Shown: positions 36,610 through 47,319, counted from the stretch's first letter. The stretch: 60,723 nucleotides of DNA from a virus (IMGVR_UViG_3300027743_000005:1-60723), one strand, 5' to 3'. The notes: generated from the letters alone by a model not told the origin. A program made the numbers and translations.

Positions 36610-36947
36610 CAGCGTTGTTCCTCTCGTAGTGCGTGGTCGATGAACTCGGGCATGCCCGGCCCCGAGTGACGGGTCTCTTCTGGCTGCACCTGCCGTACGG
36701 CGCGGGTGAGCTTCTTCAACAGCCCTCGGGCCTGGGCTGCCATCTGCGTGCAGGCGAGCACGACCGTCTCGTCGGCGTCCTCCCACTGGTAGCTCTGGAG
36801 GATCGGAACGGTGGCCTGGATGATCTCCAGCTCTCGCTGCATCCCGGCGGCGAGGCGTTCGTTCTTGGGTAGGTGCTTCTTGGCCTGGTCGGCCACTCGT
36901 CGCTCCACCTCCTCGAGCGCAGCCGGTAGGTCGATGCCCTCAGTCAC
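36609..36947 (-). CDS. Hypothetical helical protein
   Basis: Coupled overlaps. Confidence 0.65.
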   Translation of the reverse strand: MTEGIDLPAALEEVERRVADQAKKHLPKNERLAAGMQRELEIIQATVPILQSYQWEDADETVVLACTQMAAQARGLLKKLTRAVRQVQPEETRHSGPGMPEFIDHALREEQR

Positions 36948-37176
36948 GGGCCACCACCAGATGCGCCTGCGCCATCGCGTCGTAGAGCGCCTGGAGCGCG
37001 TCGACGTTGATGGCCCACCCCGAGTTCCCGGCGCCCGCCCCGCACGTCACCCGGCACTCGAACGCGCCCGACGAGAGCGGGTACCACGCCTCGGGCCAGA
37101 AGCCGTTCCGGTGGAGCAACACGAGCAGATTGTCGAGCGTGACCTTCTCACCGAGGTAGTCGACCGCCGTGCTCAC
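36940..37176 (-). CDS. Hypothetical protein
   Basis: Fits operon packing. Confidence 0.6.
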   Translation of the reverse strand: MSTAVDYLGEKVTLDNLLVLLHRNGFWPEAWYPLSSGAFECRVTCGAGAGNSGWAINVDALQALYDAMAQAHLVVARD

Positions 37177-37339
37177 GCTCGGCCCCCTTCCGCCTGTCCC
37201 GGGCCTGTATGACCTTCGCCGTGCGGCGCCGGTCGGCTCGGTTGGTGGTCGGCAGGCCCTGCTCGTCGATGGCCCGGTTCATAAGCCTCAACGACTCGGG
37301 GCTGGCGCCCCGCATGATGACCCGGCTGGCCGTCGTCAC
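37148..37339 (-). CDS. Hypothetical protein (NRADRR motif)
   Basis: GTGA overlap. Confidence 0.5.
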   Translation of the reverse strand: MTTASRVIMRGASPESLRLMNRAIDEQGLPTTNRADRRRTAKVIQARDRRKGAEREHGGRLPR

Positions 37340-37653
37340 TTGGACGCCTCGGCGATCCGCTTCATGCGGGTCAGCCGGTCGTGCTCTTCCCGGAGGGTCT
37401 TGATCTCGGCGTTGATCGCGGCCCGCGCCGCGACCCGCTCCTCGATCTGTGCCTCCACGAAGGTGAGCGTGTTGATGAGTTGGCCCACGACGGCGTCATA
37501 GGGCCGACCGGCCTCGACGACCGGGGGCATCCCCGGTAGCTCGGGCTCCTCGATGTAGGACACGGCGGTGGGCTGAAACTCATCGCCGTCGTGGTCGTGG
37601 CCGCGCTCGCGGCGGGCCTCTGCCTCTTCGATCGAGTCCTTCCGGGTGCTCAT
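37336..37653 (-). CDS. Coiled-coil hypothetical protein
   Basis: ATGA overlap; C-terminal heptads. Confidence 0.65.
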   Translation of the reverse strand: MSTRKDSIEEAEARRERGHDHDGDEFQPTAVSYIEEPELPGMPPVVEAGRPYDAVVGQLINTLTFVEAQIEERVAARAAINAEIKTLREEHDRLTRMKRIAEASK

Positions 37654-37931
37654 GCCGCCGCCTCCAACTCGCGCCACAGCGCGCCGGAGCGGAACGCCTC
37701 GATGAAGGCGAGGGCCTCGTTGTAGCGGACGACCATCTCCCGCAGCCGGTCGACTTCCTCCTGCGACCAACGGCGGCGCTGACCGCTACCCGGGCAGCAG
37801 CCGTGCTCCAGGCGGATCGTTCCGACCCGCACCCAATGGTCAAGCTGGCGGTAGCTGATGCCGACCGCCTTGGCGACCTGGTGGCTGGAATAGCCCCCAG
37901 GCTTCGTAATCGTGATGCCGATGTCACTCAT
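37650..37931 (-). CDS. MerR-type HTH DNA-binding protein
   Basis: YSSHQVAKAVGISYRQLDHWVRVG...GSGQRRRWS. Confidence 0.85.
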   Translation of the reverse strand: MSDIGITITKPGGYSSHQVAKAVGISYRQLDHWVRVGTIRLEHGCCPGSGQRRRWSQEEVDRLREMVVRYNEALAFIEAFRSGALWRELEAAA

Positions 37932-38984
37932 GGTTGGGACCCCACTTTCGTCATCGAACTGATCAGCTCTTCCTTCCATCGTGGCCTCCCGCTGCTGCGG
38001 AAGGCGTGATACCGGCAGTACGGCACCGGCCTCTTGCTCGTCAAGAACAGCACCATCACGTCGGCGCCGTTCTCGCATCGCGACAGGTCACAGTTCATTT
38101 CAGCTCCTCCTCCACCAGCCACTCCTCGACCTGGGTCACGATCTCTCGCAGCGTGTACCTCACGCGGCGGTTGGTCACCGTGACGGTGTCGCCCATGTGG
38201 CCGGGCAGAAGGACTGCGGCGGCGCGGAGATGAAGCACGCACGCCGGGCACTTCCAATCCCAGACCGTCCACCTGTCGGCCGGGCGCTCGGGGAACTCGT
38301 GAGCGATCCACCACGGCCCTGGGCCGTGGGTGGCGATCGCTCGCTCGATGGTGATGTGGCCTTCGACGGTCATTTGCGTACCTCCACGCTCCCTCGGGCC
38401 ACCGGCCAGCTGTGCCAGCACGACTGGCAGACGATCCGCTGGGGCGTGAATCCAGGGACTAGCTCGTCGCCCACGAACACCGCTTGCAGCCCCTCGTAGT
38501 CGCCGAGCTTCAAGCCCGGCCGCTCGTTGCCGCGTTGACCGCAGCGCGGGCAAACCACCGGGCGGCCCTCAGGCATCGAGTCTCCCTTCGTGGCGCAGGC
38601 CGTCCCGGACGGAGCTGAGTGCCTCTTCCAGTTCTTCGGGCGGGTACCAGCCGTCCCAAGCGTCGTGGAACCAGCCTTCGTCGTTCACGGTGAGCAACGG
38701 GCGCTCGCCCGGTTTCGGCCGACTGCTCACTTGGGCCTCCGAAACTCGTCGGCCCGAGGGCACGTGGCGAAGTGCGTCGTGTAGCGCAGCGCCTCGCTGC
38801 GCGGTATCTCGCGCAGGTCCGCCACGACGATCACGACCGGCGTGCCATCGGGCATCCACCTGTCGACGTAGATGTTTCCCTCAGGGTCAGCTTCGGCATT
38901 GAGCGGTATGCGCTTGCCAGTCGCCCCGGTGACTGCCCAGCGAATAGGCGCCTCGCAGGCGCGGCACTTCGACTGCGGCCTCAT
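37928..38984 (-). CDS. Run of five small Cys-motif hypothetical genes (37928-38098, 38095-38373, 38370-38576, 38569-38730, 38727-38984)
   Basis: Consecutive stop/start overlaps; CxxC, CxxH and HFATC motifs. Confidence 0.6.
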
Positions 38985-39643
38985 ATGGCGGGCACCCACT
39001 TCATGGCCATCCTGACCATCGTTTCCAGCGCCGCCACCGCCTCAGGGCCCTCCTCGTTGGCCATCGCGTAGAGCGTGGGCAGGCCGCTGTCGATGGAGGC
39101 GGCGACTTCCTCGGCGGTCGCCTCCCGGCCCTCGCATATCCACTCGACGTCGCGCACGGCCTCGAAGTGGATGAGGATGCCGCCGCCCTCAGGACGGAAC
39201 ACCGACCAGTTGCCGGTGGTGATGAGCGCCGCCACACCGGGGTTCCGCATGATGGCGAAGCCAGGTGCGTCCTCGGCCCCGGCAGGCTTGTTCGCCTCCC
39301 GGCGGACCTTCTTGGGCATGGAAAGGAAGGGGCACGCCTTGGCGCTCCACTCGGCGCAGGCGTAGTGGTTGGGCGGCTCGGCGCTCGTGCCGTTCACCAG
39401 ACACATGGGTCCGGCGACGAACGTGCCGGAGTAGCCGGTGCGGGCCAGGCGGTTGCGCGTCAGGCGCTCGCCACAGACCCAGCACAGGTCCTCGCGCAGC
39501 GCCCGCACGAGGTTCTTGGAGTTCATGATGCGGAAGTCCGGCACCCCGTCGATCCACTCGACAAAGAAGGGCACGGGCCTGCCCACGCTGTCGCGCGGGA
39601 GCTGACGCATCGCTCGTGGCATGTTCGGAGGTAGATCGGGCAT
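38981..39643 (-). CDS. Conserved-looking hypothetical protein (GRPVPFFV...CWVCG...EPPNH..CA..S..ACPFL)
   Basis: SD GAAAGGAACC; Cys/His motifs. Confidence 0.8.
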   Translation of the reverse strand: MPDLPPNMPRAMRQLPRDSVGRPVPFFVEWIDGVPDFRIMNSKNLVRALREDLCWVCGERLTRNRLARTGYSGTFVAGPMCLVNGTSAEPPNHYACAEWSAKACPFLSMPKKVRREANKPAGAEDAPGFAIMRNPGVAALITTGNWSVFRPEGGGILIHFEAVRDVEWICEGREATAEEVAASIDSGLPTLYAMANEEGPEAVAALETMVRMAMKWVPAI

Positions 39644-40478
39644 TCAGGTTCCTTTCGTGATGCAGTCGTAGCGGCGATGGGTGGGGTTCTCGGCGGTGTG
39701 GGGGATGGGACCATCGGCCGGGACGCGCACGGCCTCGCCGCAGGTGTGACAGCGCATCTGGCACATCAGGCGCGAGCGCCCCTGCTTCGGCTTGGAGCGC
39801 GCCTTGGTCAACCCGAGCGCGGCGGCCTGCGCCGGGGTCAGGTTGACCGAGGCCATCAGTCGTCCCGCCAGCCAAGCGGTGACGTCCACAGGATGGGAAC
39901 GCACCAGTCCGGCTTGCCGACGTTGCACCCTCGCTTGGCCGCTGGCTCGCGCATGCGGCCGATCCACCAGATCGAGTCCACGTCGGTGCCGTCTGGCATC
40001 CCGATCGGCACGATGATGTCGTCGCCGTAGTGGATGATGCCGTCTCGCCAGCTAGAGGCGAGCACGTTGAGGATGATGGCGGTCAGCTCGTTCCCGGCGC
40101 TGCGCCCCTCGATGGAGACGCACGACGCCCACAACTCGGCCCAGCCGAGGCCCACGGTGTAGTTGAACCAGCTGTAGAGCAGGTCGTCCTCCGCGGTCGG
40201 GAACACGCCGACCTGGTTCCAGGGGTATCTGCCCTCGTAGCGCTCGGCGGCGGGGTTCAGGTCTTTGACGATGTGGAAGGTCGCCATCAGCAGACACACT
40301 CCTCGGGGACGCGCTGGAAGAACGTCATCGGCTCCTCATTGTCCGAGTAGCGCGCCGACGTCCAGCCCGCCAGCGGCGCGACGGTGACCAACTCCAGGAT
40401 CACGGTCGCCCCGCGCTCAGCCGCCCGCCGCTCCATCTGTCGCAGGTTGCACCGATTGCACTTCGTCAGCTCGCTCAT
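39644..40478 (-). CDS. Three small hypothetical genes (39644-39856, 39856-40287, 40287-40478)
   Basis: TGATG overlaps; the middle gene has a F.YTVGL motif. Confidence 0.6.
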
Positions 40479-40909
40479 GACACCTCCTCCTCGTCATCCA
40501 GCCAGGCGTCACGGTCGCCTTCCAGGCGGTCGTACTTCCGCAGCAACCGGCGCACGGCGACCAGAGCCTCGGGGCTGGGGTCCTCGATGTCGGCCTGGCC
40601 CCAATCGGCCGCTTCGTTCCCGGAGGCGAACAGCGGGACCGCCGCGGGCGGGATGCCGCCCGCCGGGCGCCAGATGCGGAGCGCCATCAGCTCGTGGTCG
40701 TGGCCGCGATTGCTATGGACGACCGCCCAGCCATGGCAATAGTGCTCGGGAGTGGCATGGCATCCGAACGTCGCCGGTGGCTGCATGGCGGTCTGGTTGT
40801 CGTAGGCGCGCAGCTTCTCGTACTCGGCCGCTGCCCACACCCCGCTCGGTACGTCGAGGCGGTAGGGGCACGTCGAGCACGGCTCCTTGCGGACGCTGCT
40901 GCCCGTCAC
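40475..40909 (-). CDS. DUF6283-like Cys/His protein
   Basis: PCSTCPYR.D.PSGVW...F.CH......C.GW. Confidence 0.7.
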   Translation of the reverse strand: MTGSSVRKEPCSTCPYRLDVPSGVWAAAEYEKLRAYDNQTAMQPPATFGCHATPEHYCHGWAVVHSNRGHDHELMALRIWRPAGGIPPAAVPLFASGNEAADWGQADIEDPSPEALVAVRRLLRKYDRLEGDRDAWLDDEEEVS

Positions 40910-41081
40910 GTCGGGTCCTCCAAGATGCGCCGTTCCTCGATGGCCTTGTAGCTGTAGCCCGGCACATAGCTCCCGTCGTTGGGGCTGTGGGTGAAGCACC
41001 ACGGCTCGTCGTCGTACTCGACGGTGTTCTCGCACCCTGGCGCGATGCAGGGATGCGGCTGGGAGAGGGAGTTGAGGTTGC

Positions 41082-41285
41082 TCACAGCCATGTCCAACGA
41101 TCGCCCGCCTCGGAACACAGGCCGAGCTTCGACCCGCCGTCCCAATCGACGTGCAGCGTGCCGATGGCGTCGATGAACCGCGCCGTGCCTTCCGTCCCCG
41201 GCGCTAGCCGCGTGTGCTCGTCCGTGCAGACAACGAGGCGCAGGCGCTTGCCTGCCACGCTGTCATCCCATTGGTCCGTCATCAT
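41082..41285 (-). CDS. DUF4314-like protein
   Basis: G.R.RLV...D....L.PGTEGT..FID.IGT.HV.WD.GS.LGL. Confidence 0.8.
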   Translation of the reverse strand: MMTDQWDDSVAGKRLRLVVCTDEHTRLAPGTEGTARFIDAIGTLHVDWDGGSKLGLCSEAGDRWTWL

Positions 41286-42366
41286 CGTGGGTTCCTTTCT
41301 GTCCCTGCGCCCCGAGTCCGAGGCTGTCCAGTGCTTCCTCCATGAACCGCCCCGCCATCCGAATGGTGGCGAGGGGGGCGCCCTGACGGAACGCCTCCAT
41401 CCGGGCCTCCTGCACCGCGCCCTGACGGGCGTGGAACCAGCAGAACCACAGGTCGTTTATGTGCATCTGCGCCGGGTCGCCGCAGTACTCGCACACTCGG
41501 TCCTCGCTGCCGCAGCCCTTCATGATTCGCCTCCTCCATCGTCGATGTAGGCACCACAACCACAGATATGCCGGGCCGCGTGATCGGTCGACAAGAGCCG
41601 ACAGACATGCGAGCGCCCGAGCATGGCGTCCTCCTCGTTGGGGTCCTCCATGGCCCACTCGAAACCGCACCGCTCCTCCTCCCCGTATTCGACGGTCAGT
41701 TCCAGTAGCTCCCGACAGACGCGCCCGTCCTGGTAGATGAACGGACAGCGGTCGGGGTGGATGGGCGTGCCGAGCGCGCCCACGGCGACGCTCCGGAAGT
41801 GGCCCTCGGGGCACGTCCAGCGATAGGTGTTCACGGCAGGATCGCCTGCACGACCGCCCACACGACGGCGAGGAAGATGGCAAGCAGCCCGGCCACGACC
41901 ACGATGGCCACGACGATGCCGACCCGGCGCATGGCGTCCGACTGATCGGTCATCGCATCCTCCTGCGTCGGCGCTGGCGCTGGTCGGCGAGCGACGGCGC
42001 GTCGGCGAGGCCGGTGATGAAGTTGTCGAACTCCTCCCGGTGGGCATCCACCAGCGCGGCGATGGCCCACAGCTCTTGGCGGAACAGCTCCGCGGTGCGG
42101 CCGTGAATCTCCCGACCGAGCGCTTCGACCGGGTCCTGATCCCACGACGGCCACCGCTGGGCGGTGTTGAGGCACGTCATGCAGCACTGCATCGACAGTC
42201 GCTGGGCGCCGAGATTGCGGGCCGCGTCGCGCAGCTGGTCGCGCGTCCACAGCCGCTCGCCCACGTTCTCGCTGGCGAGGCCGCACTCGGTCAGGCCCTG
42301 GTCTTCGCGCCACGGCGGCGACGGGCGCACGATGTGTGTGACCGGCGCACTGAGTCTGGTGTCCAC
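41263..42366 (-). CDS. Four small hypothetical genes (41263-41523, 41520-41834, 41831-41953 TM, 41950-42366)
   Basis: Coupled overlaps; Cys motifs. Confidence 0.6.
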
Positions 42367-43089
42367 CTAGTACGGCTCCTCGGGCGGTAGGTCGGGGTTG
42401 GCGGCGGGGGCGGTGAGGCCCTCGGCCTGCAACCGCTCGGCCTCCATGTCGAGCCACGCCCGCACGAACGTCAGCGCCTCACCGTGGCGGTTCGGCTGCA
42501 TGTCGCTCAGGCCCATGTTGAAGTTGTGGCGGAAGTCCTCGCGCAACCGCTTGGCCGTGTCGCCGTCGAGCATCGCCATCTCGGCGTGGACCATCTGCTC
42601 GGCCGGGGTGCGGTAGCCCTGGTTCTGCGCCGGAGCGCGCACGGCCTGCGTGGCCGCCCGCCCGTCGTCATCCTCGGGGGCGATGCCGAAGATGGTGAGC
42701 AGGCTGTAGCGCCGGGCGTAGGTGAGCGCGGAGCCGACAGCCTGTGCGTCATTGGGCAGACGCAGGCCCATCGGCGGGAACGTCAGCCACTCGCCATTCC
42801 CGTGTATCAGGGCGGTGGTGACGGTCATCTTGTCTCCGTCGGTCCCCGGCATCTGGAACACGCTCAGGTCGAACATCTGGCAGGCCCGCTTGACCTCGTC
42901 GATGACGTCGCCCAGGTCGGCGTAGCGGTAGGTGTACTTGCCGGTGTCGGCCGTCTGCGTCTTGGCGATGTTCTGCACAGCGTTCAGCGTCTTGGCGAAG
43001 GCCAGGATCACTTCCTGGCCGCTGGCGATGAAGCTGCCGGAAAGAACGAGGTCCTCCATGGTGTGGTAGCCCACGGCTTCGATAGTCAT
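42367..43089 (-). CDS. erf: ERF-family single-strand annealing protein
   Basis: Y.YADL, T.L.H.NGEW, Q..GSALTYARRYSL..IFGIA.EDDDG. Confidence 0.93.
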   Translation of the reverse strand: MTIEAVGYHTMEDLVLSGSFIASGQEVILAFAKTLNAVQNIAKTQTADTGKYTYRYADLGDVIDEVKRACQMFDLSVFQMPGTDGDKMTVTTALIHGNGEWLTFPPMGLRLPNDAQAVGSALTYARRYSLLTIFGIAPEDDDGRAATQAVRAPAQNQGYRTPAEQMVHAEMAMLDGDTAKRLREDFRHNFNMGLSDMQPNRHGEALTFVRAWLDMEAERLQAEGLTAPAANPDLPPEEPY

Positions 43090-43568
43090 GCTTCCCCTTC
43101 AAGATCGAGTTGGACCCGGTCGACGTAGGTCGTGGTCCGGTACTGGTCGATGTCGATGCCGTCGCGCTTGCCCGCCGCCTTGACACTCGAGAAGCTGGGC
43201 AGGTACTCCCACAGCTGGTCGACAACGGCGCGGCCGATGTTGCGGCGCGCCGGGTCCAGTTCGCCGGTGGCGATGTCGAGCGCCACCTTCCGCACGGCCG
43301 TCTCGCCCACGTCCTTGCGGAACTGCGCCGACGAGTGCTCGTGCAGCCAAGTGCTGCGCTTCTCCGGCTTCTTCTCCAGCCGCCCCACGCCCCGGACCAC
43401 CAGGGTCTCGGTCTCCATGCGGGCGGCCAGCTCGTCACTCAGGTCGTCGACCATCTGTCGCAAAGCGCTGCCAGCCTCCAATGCCAGGCGGTAGCGCTGC
43501 GCCAGCTCGGTCGTCTCGCCGACGATGGCGTCCTCGCCCATAGCCAGCAGATCGTCAACCCCAGCCAT
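43086..43568 (-). CDS. Hypothetical protein upstream of ERF
   Basis: SD GAAAGGAACC; ATGA coupling. Confidence 0.75.
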   Translation of the reverse strand: MAGVDDLLAMGEDAIVGETTELAQRYRLALEAGSALRQMVDDLSDELAARMETETLVVRGVGRLEKKPEKRSTWLHEHSSAQFRKDVGETAVRKVALDIATGELDPARRNIGRAVVDQLWEYLPSFSSVKAAGKRDGIDIDQYRTTTYVDRVQLDLEGEA

Positions 43569-43601
43569 ACGTGGTTCCTTTCGACGCGGGCCTACCGGAC
43601 T

Positions 43602-43626
43602 ATTCTACCCCGTCGCGCGGCGGCCG
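43602..43626 (-). promoter_or_regulatory. Promoter: CGGCCGCCGCGCGACGGG-G-TAGAAT
   Basis: -10 TAGAAT; upstream 18-mer identical to 49251-49268. Confidence 0.65.
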
Positions 43627-43668
43627 GACGCGGATACTGGCTGGTCAGCCCACTCACCCACAGGCTGC

Positions 43669-43677
43669 TGTGGATAA
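43669..43677 (-). promoter_or_regulatory. Perfect DnaA box TTATCCACA
   Basis: TGTGGATAA on +; a degenerate inverted partner TCACCCACA at 43654-43662. Confidence 0.5.
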
Positions 43678-43733
43678 ATGAGAGCCGCCGCCGAGCCTGC
43701 GGAAAGGAACGAGACGCAGGCCCAGCGGACGGC

Positions 43734-44361
43734 TCAACTACCCGGCGGGTTCGTACTCCCGCTGGGTAGATCTTGCCGCTTGCGGGGCGGCTCGTACACC
43801 TTGCCCCGCATGATTCGGCATGGAATGCAGGTCGGGGTGCAGCGCCGGGCGCCGTCACCCCACCGTTGGTCGGTGCAACCGGGCGGGCACACGCACGCCT
43901 TCCCGGCCATGTTGTCATCGTCGCAGCTGTAGTGGCGGGTGCGGCCAGGAACGGCCACAGGGCGCCCACAGATGTCGCTGCGGGGGGCGTGGGCCAGGAA
44001 CTGCCGGGCACGCTCCTCCGAGGCGAGTCCGGCCGCTCTGGCCTGCGTCATGGCATCCCGCACGCCCTCGGGGACGTGACGGCGTCGGCTAGCCACCAGC
44101 CGTCCAGTCGTGGCAATTGCCGCAGTACGACTCCCGGGCGTCGTTGGGGTTGTAGCTCGTCATCCCGCAGCGGGGGCAGGTGTAGCTCCCGGCGGGCTTG
44201 ACGTGGTGCCAGATGCCTTCCTCGCTGATCGCCCACTCCAGCGCGTCGATGTAGTCCCACAGGTTGACGAACCCGGCCTCGTGCGCTCGGGCCACTAGCT
44301 CGGCGGTGGCGAAGTGAGAGAGGGGCAGGCCCGTGAGCCTGCCCCTCGCCACGTCAGACAC
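43734..44361 (-). CDS. Two small Cys-rich hypothetical genes (43734-44051, 44089-44361)
   Basis: Multiple CxxC; TCPRCGMTSYNPND...YCGNCH. Confidence 0.6.
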
Positions 44362-45784
44362 GGCGCAGGCCGCGACGCCGGGTGAGCCAGATCAGACCGG
44401 CGCCACCGGACACGACCAGGAGGCCGCCGAACACCAAGGGCAGAGCGTCGGTCCCCGTCGCCGGGATGGAGCCACCACGGTTGGGCGGCACCGGCACCGC
44501 CTCGCCCGGCGTGAACGGCCCCTCGGGGCTGTTGCAGGCCGCCGTCTCGGGCGGATAGGCGATGTCGGCCTCGGACGTCAGCACGTCGGTCGCCTGCTGG
44601 AACAGCGGGCGCGACTCACCGAAGCCTGCGGGCAGCCCCGCCTCGCCGCCGGTCACCGGCAACGTGGCCACGATGTGCAGCCCGTCGCGGAACTCGGCGT
44701 CGCTCGGGTCGAGGACCCAGAACCCGTCGTCGTTCAGCATCCAGCCCGGCCAGTCCAGAGCCTCGCCCGTCACCGGGTCGACCTCAGCGCCGGGGTAGAC
44801 GACCCGGAAGCTGGTGTTGGCCTGGTAGACGATCTGGTGCGACTCGATCACGTCGCCGTCGAGGGTGCGGAACTCGAGAGTGCCGACTGTCCCGTTCAGC
44901 TCCGGCTGGTTGCCGAAGGTCAGTTCCACGAAGGGCGCGTCGCGCACGCACACGGTCGAGGCCGAGCCGATCGAGAACACGACGGGCGCCACCAGGGGTG
45001 TCGTGCTCGTGCCACCAGGCGGTAGCCCGGGGGCCGTGGTCGTGGTGCTCGGCGCGGTCGTCGTGCTCCCCGGCAACGTCGTCGTGCCACCCGGCACCGT
45101 GGTCGTGCTTCCAGCCACGGTCGTCGTGGTCGTTCCGCCGACCTGCGTGTCCGGCGTGCAGTCGGGGCAGGTCGTCGTGGTGCCCCCGGTGGAAGGAGGC
45201 GTGGTGGTCGTCCCGGTGGTGCCGGGGCAGAGGCCACTGATGTCAGGCGGCGGGCCACCGTTGTCGAAGCCGACCACGATGCTGCGCTCCTGCGCGTCGG
45301 CGAACTGGTCCCCGATCTGGACGTTGGGCCCAGGTGGGTTGGGGATGGCGTTCACACTCACGCTGATCGGCTGCTTGCCCGGCTTCAAGACCTCGGCCTC
45401 GCCGGGCTTGCGGACGTACTTGCACACCCACACCTTCTTGGGCGTCTCGGTGGTCGTAGTGGCCTCGGTGGTCGTCGTCGTGGCCTCGGTGGTCGGGATC
45501 GTCGGCACCGTGACCGGGTTGGTCACCGGCACCGTCGTCGACGCCGCTGTCGTGGTCGACGCCGCTGTGGTGGACGTCGTCGACGTGGGATACGACGGGT
45601 GTGTGGTCGTCGAGTAGGTCGGCGGAGCCGACGAGGACGTGGGATACGTCGGGTGGGTCGTCGGGTAGCTCGGCGCTGTGGTCGTGGGGTACGTCGGTGG
45701 AGGCCAAGCGTCAGCCCTCCCGACCCACAGACACACGATGCCCAGCACGGCGGCCAGCACCGCAACGATGGCGGTCCTTCTCAC
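44354..45784 (-). CDS. Secreted Thr/Pro-rich cell-wall-anchored protein (IPATG sorting signal)
   Basis: Signal peptide ending RADA, mucin-like repeats, KVWVCKYV domain, IPATG + TM + RRRGLRR. Confidence 0.88.
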   Translation of the reverse strand: MRRTAIVAVLAAVLGIVCLWVGRADAWPPPTYPTTTAPSYPTTHPTYPTSSSAPPTYSTTTHPSYPTSTTSTTAASTTTAASTTVPVTNPVTVPTIPTTEATTTTTEATTTTETPKKVWVCKYVRKPGEAEVLKPGKQPISVSVNAIPNPPGPNVQIGDQFADAQERSIVVGFDNGGPPPDISGLCPGTTGTTTTPPSTGGTTTTCPDCTPDTQVGGTTTTTVAGSTTTVPGGTTTLPGSTTTAPSTTTTAPGLPPGGTSTTPLVAPVVFSIGSASTVCVRDAPFVELTFGNQPELNGTVGTLEFRTLDGDVIESHQIVYQANTSFRVVYPGAEVDPVTGEALDWPGWMLNDDGFWVLDPSDAEFRDGLHIVATLPVTGGEAGLPAGFGESRPLFQQATDVLTSEADIAYPPETAACNSPEGPFTPGEAVPVPPNRGGSIPATGTDALPLVFGGLLVVSGGAGLIWLTRRRGLRRV

Positions 45785-46724
45785 GATGGTCCCTCTCTGT
45801 TGGTGATGCCGAGTCGCTCCATCGCCTCCGCCATGCGACGCGCGCTCGACCGCTTGCCCTCTTCGGTGGTCATGTCCACTTCAATCAGCTCGTCGCAGAC
45901 GAGGACGAGTTTGGCCGGTGGCTTCGATCCGGCGGTGATGGCGCCGATCATGGGCTTGTCGAGCAACACGGCGTAGCCGGTCTCGATGGCCAGCTTCGGG
46001 TCCGTCGCCCCCGACCACAGCGTCATGATGATGGCGCTGTCCTGCATCATGGGAAGCAGCTCCCGCCGAGCTCTCTCCAGATACGCCCTGGCCTGAGGGT
46101 CCTCGGACCAGTCCCTCGGTCTTCCTCCTGGCACGGCTGGTTCCTTTCAAGGTGGGAATCTTGTCAGCAGTCGGTCACGCTCAGTGCCAGACGACGTCAC
46201 CTGCCCTTTCCCGAGGGTCCGGGTCCATGCGGACCCGGACGAACTCGTAGATGGCGCCGCCGATCAGCGAGCCGATGGCGGCGGCGATGAACACCGCCAG
46301 GAGGGTCCTCTTGGTGTAGTGCAGCTTCATGGCCAGTGCTCCTGCATGTAGGCCAGCCCGAACAGGAGGCTGGCGATGGTGAAGATCGACAGACACGTCG
46401 CCAGGACGATGGCGAAGGCGGTCATGCACGCGCCGATGGCGACTACCTCCCACGGCGGCCGCTGGCGGCGGGTCACTCGATGACCTCGACGTCGGTCCGC
46501 TGGCTGTAGCGGGCCAGGATGACCGGGCGCCCGGTGGCACGCCGACATAGTTCGGCGTGCCAGCGGTAGCTCTCGATGCGCTCCCGGTCGGCGCCCATCA
46601 GCGGCATCCACCAGCCGTCGCCGGTGCGGTACCCGATCACCCCCTCTCCGTCGCTGGGGTCGGTCGACAGCCACGCCCACATCTCCTCGATGCGGGGGAA
46701 CGGTTGCTCGCCGTTGTCAGCCAC
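45781..46724 (-). CDS. Four small genes (45781-46134; 46181-46330 TM; 46327-46476 TM; 46473-46724)
   Basis: Coupled overlaps; SD GAAAGGAACC before 46134. Confidence 0.6.
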
Positions 46725-47319
46725 AGGCCCTCCCTGTCATCGGATCGCCGCGCAGCACCCAAGGGCACCATCCGCTGTGCTGCCATAGGTTGAACGCCGC
46801 GGTGAGGTTCGACCAGGGGTCAAAGCACCCATTCGGCGGACACGGCCATCCGCATAGCTGCATGAGGCCGAGCGCGTGGGCGCGCCCGCACGGCTGCGGG
46901 TTGTAGGCGCCCGGCCGACAGCCGGACTCCCGGTGCATCACGTAGCTGAGGACCCGACCCTGCTCCTCGGGCCACCCGATCTGGGCGGCCATCTCGTGCC
47001 ACTCCTCGCACCACTGCCACTCCGCTCGAGGTGGAGGTGGCGGTGGGTTCTGCGTGCACAGCAACTCGGCCATGAAGTCACAGCCGTGATTGGTCCGCAC
47101 TGCCATGCTCGGGGCTGGCTCCACTTCGATGCCCTCGGCCATCATGGGTGGCGCCGGGGGCGGTACGTCTTCCGCCGATGGGATCGCCTCCGGCACTGTC
47201 GATGGCGGCGGTGCGGTGGAAAGCAGATGGCTCGGCGGTACGTCGGTGTCGGTAGGCGTCGGTGTGGGGGGCGTGAACACGGCGAGCAACAAGCAGCCCG
47301 TCAGCGCCACGACCCTCAC
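46717..47319 (-). CDS. Secreted lytic transglycosylase (SLT/lysozyme-like)
   Basis: Signal-like N-terminus, Pro linker, RESGCRP.A.N...GLMQL...DPW.N...W.PW. Confidence 0.8.
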   Translation of the reverse strand: MRVVALTGCLLLAVFTPPTPTPTDTDVPPSHLLSTAPPPSTVPEAIPSAEDVPPPAPPMMAEGIEVEPAPSMAVRTNHGCDFMAELLCTQNPPPPPPRAEWQWCEEWHEMAAQIGWPEEQGRVLSYVMHRESGCRPGAYNPQPCGRAHALGLMQLCGWPCPPNGCFDPWSNLTAAFNLWQHSGWCPWVLRGDPMTGRACG

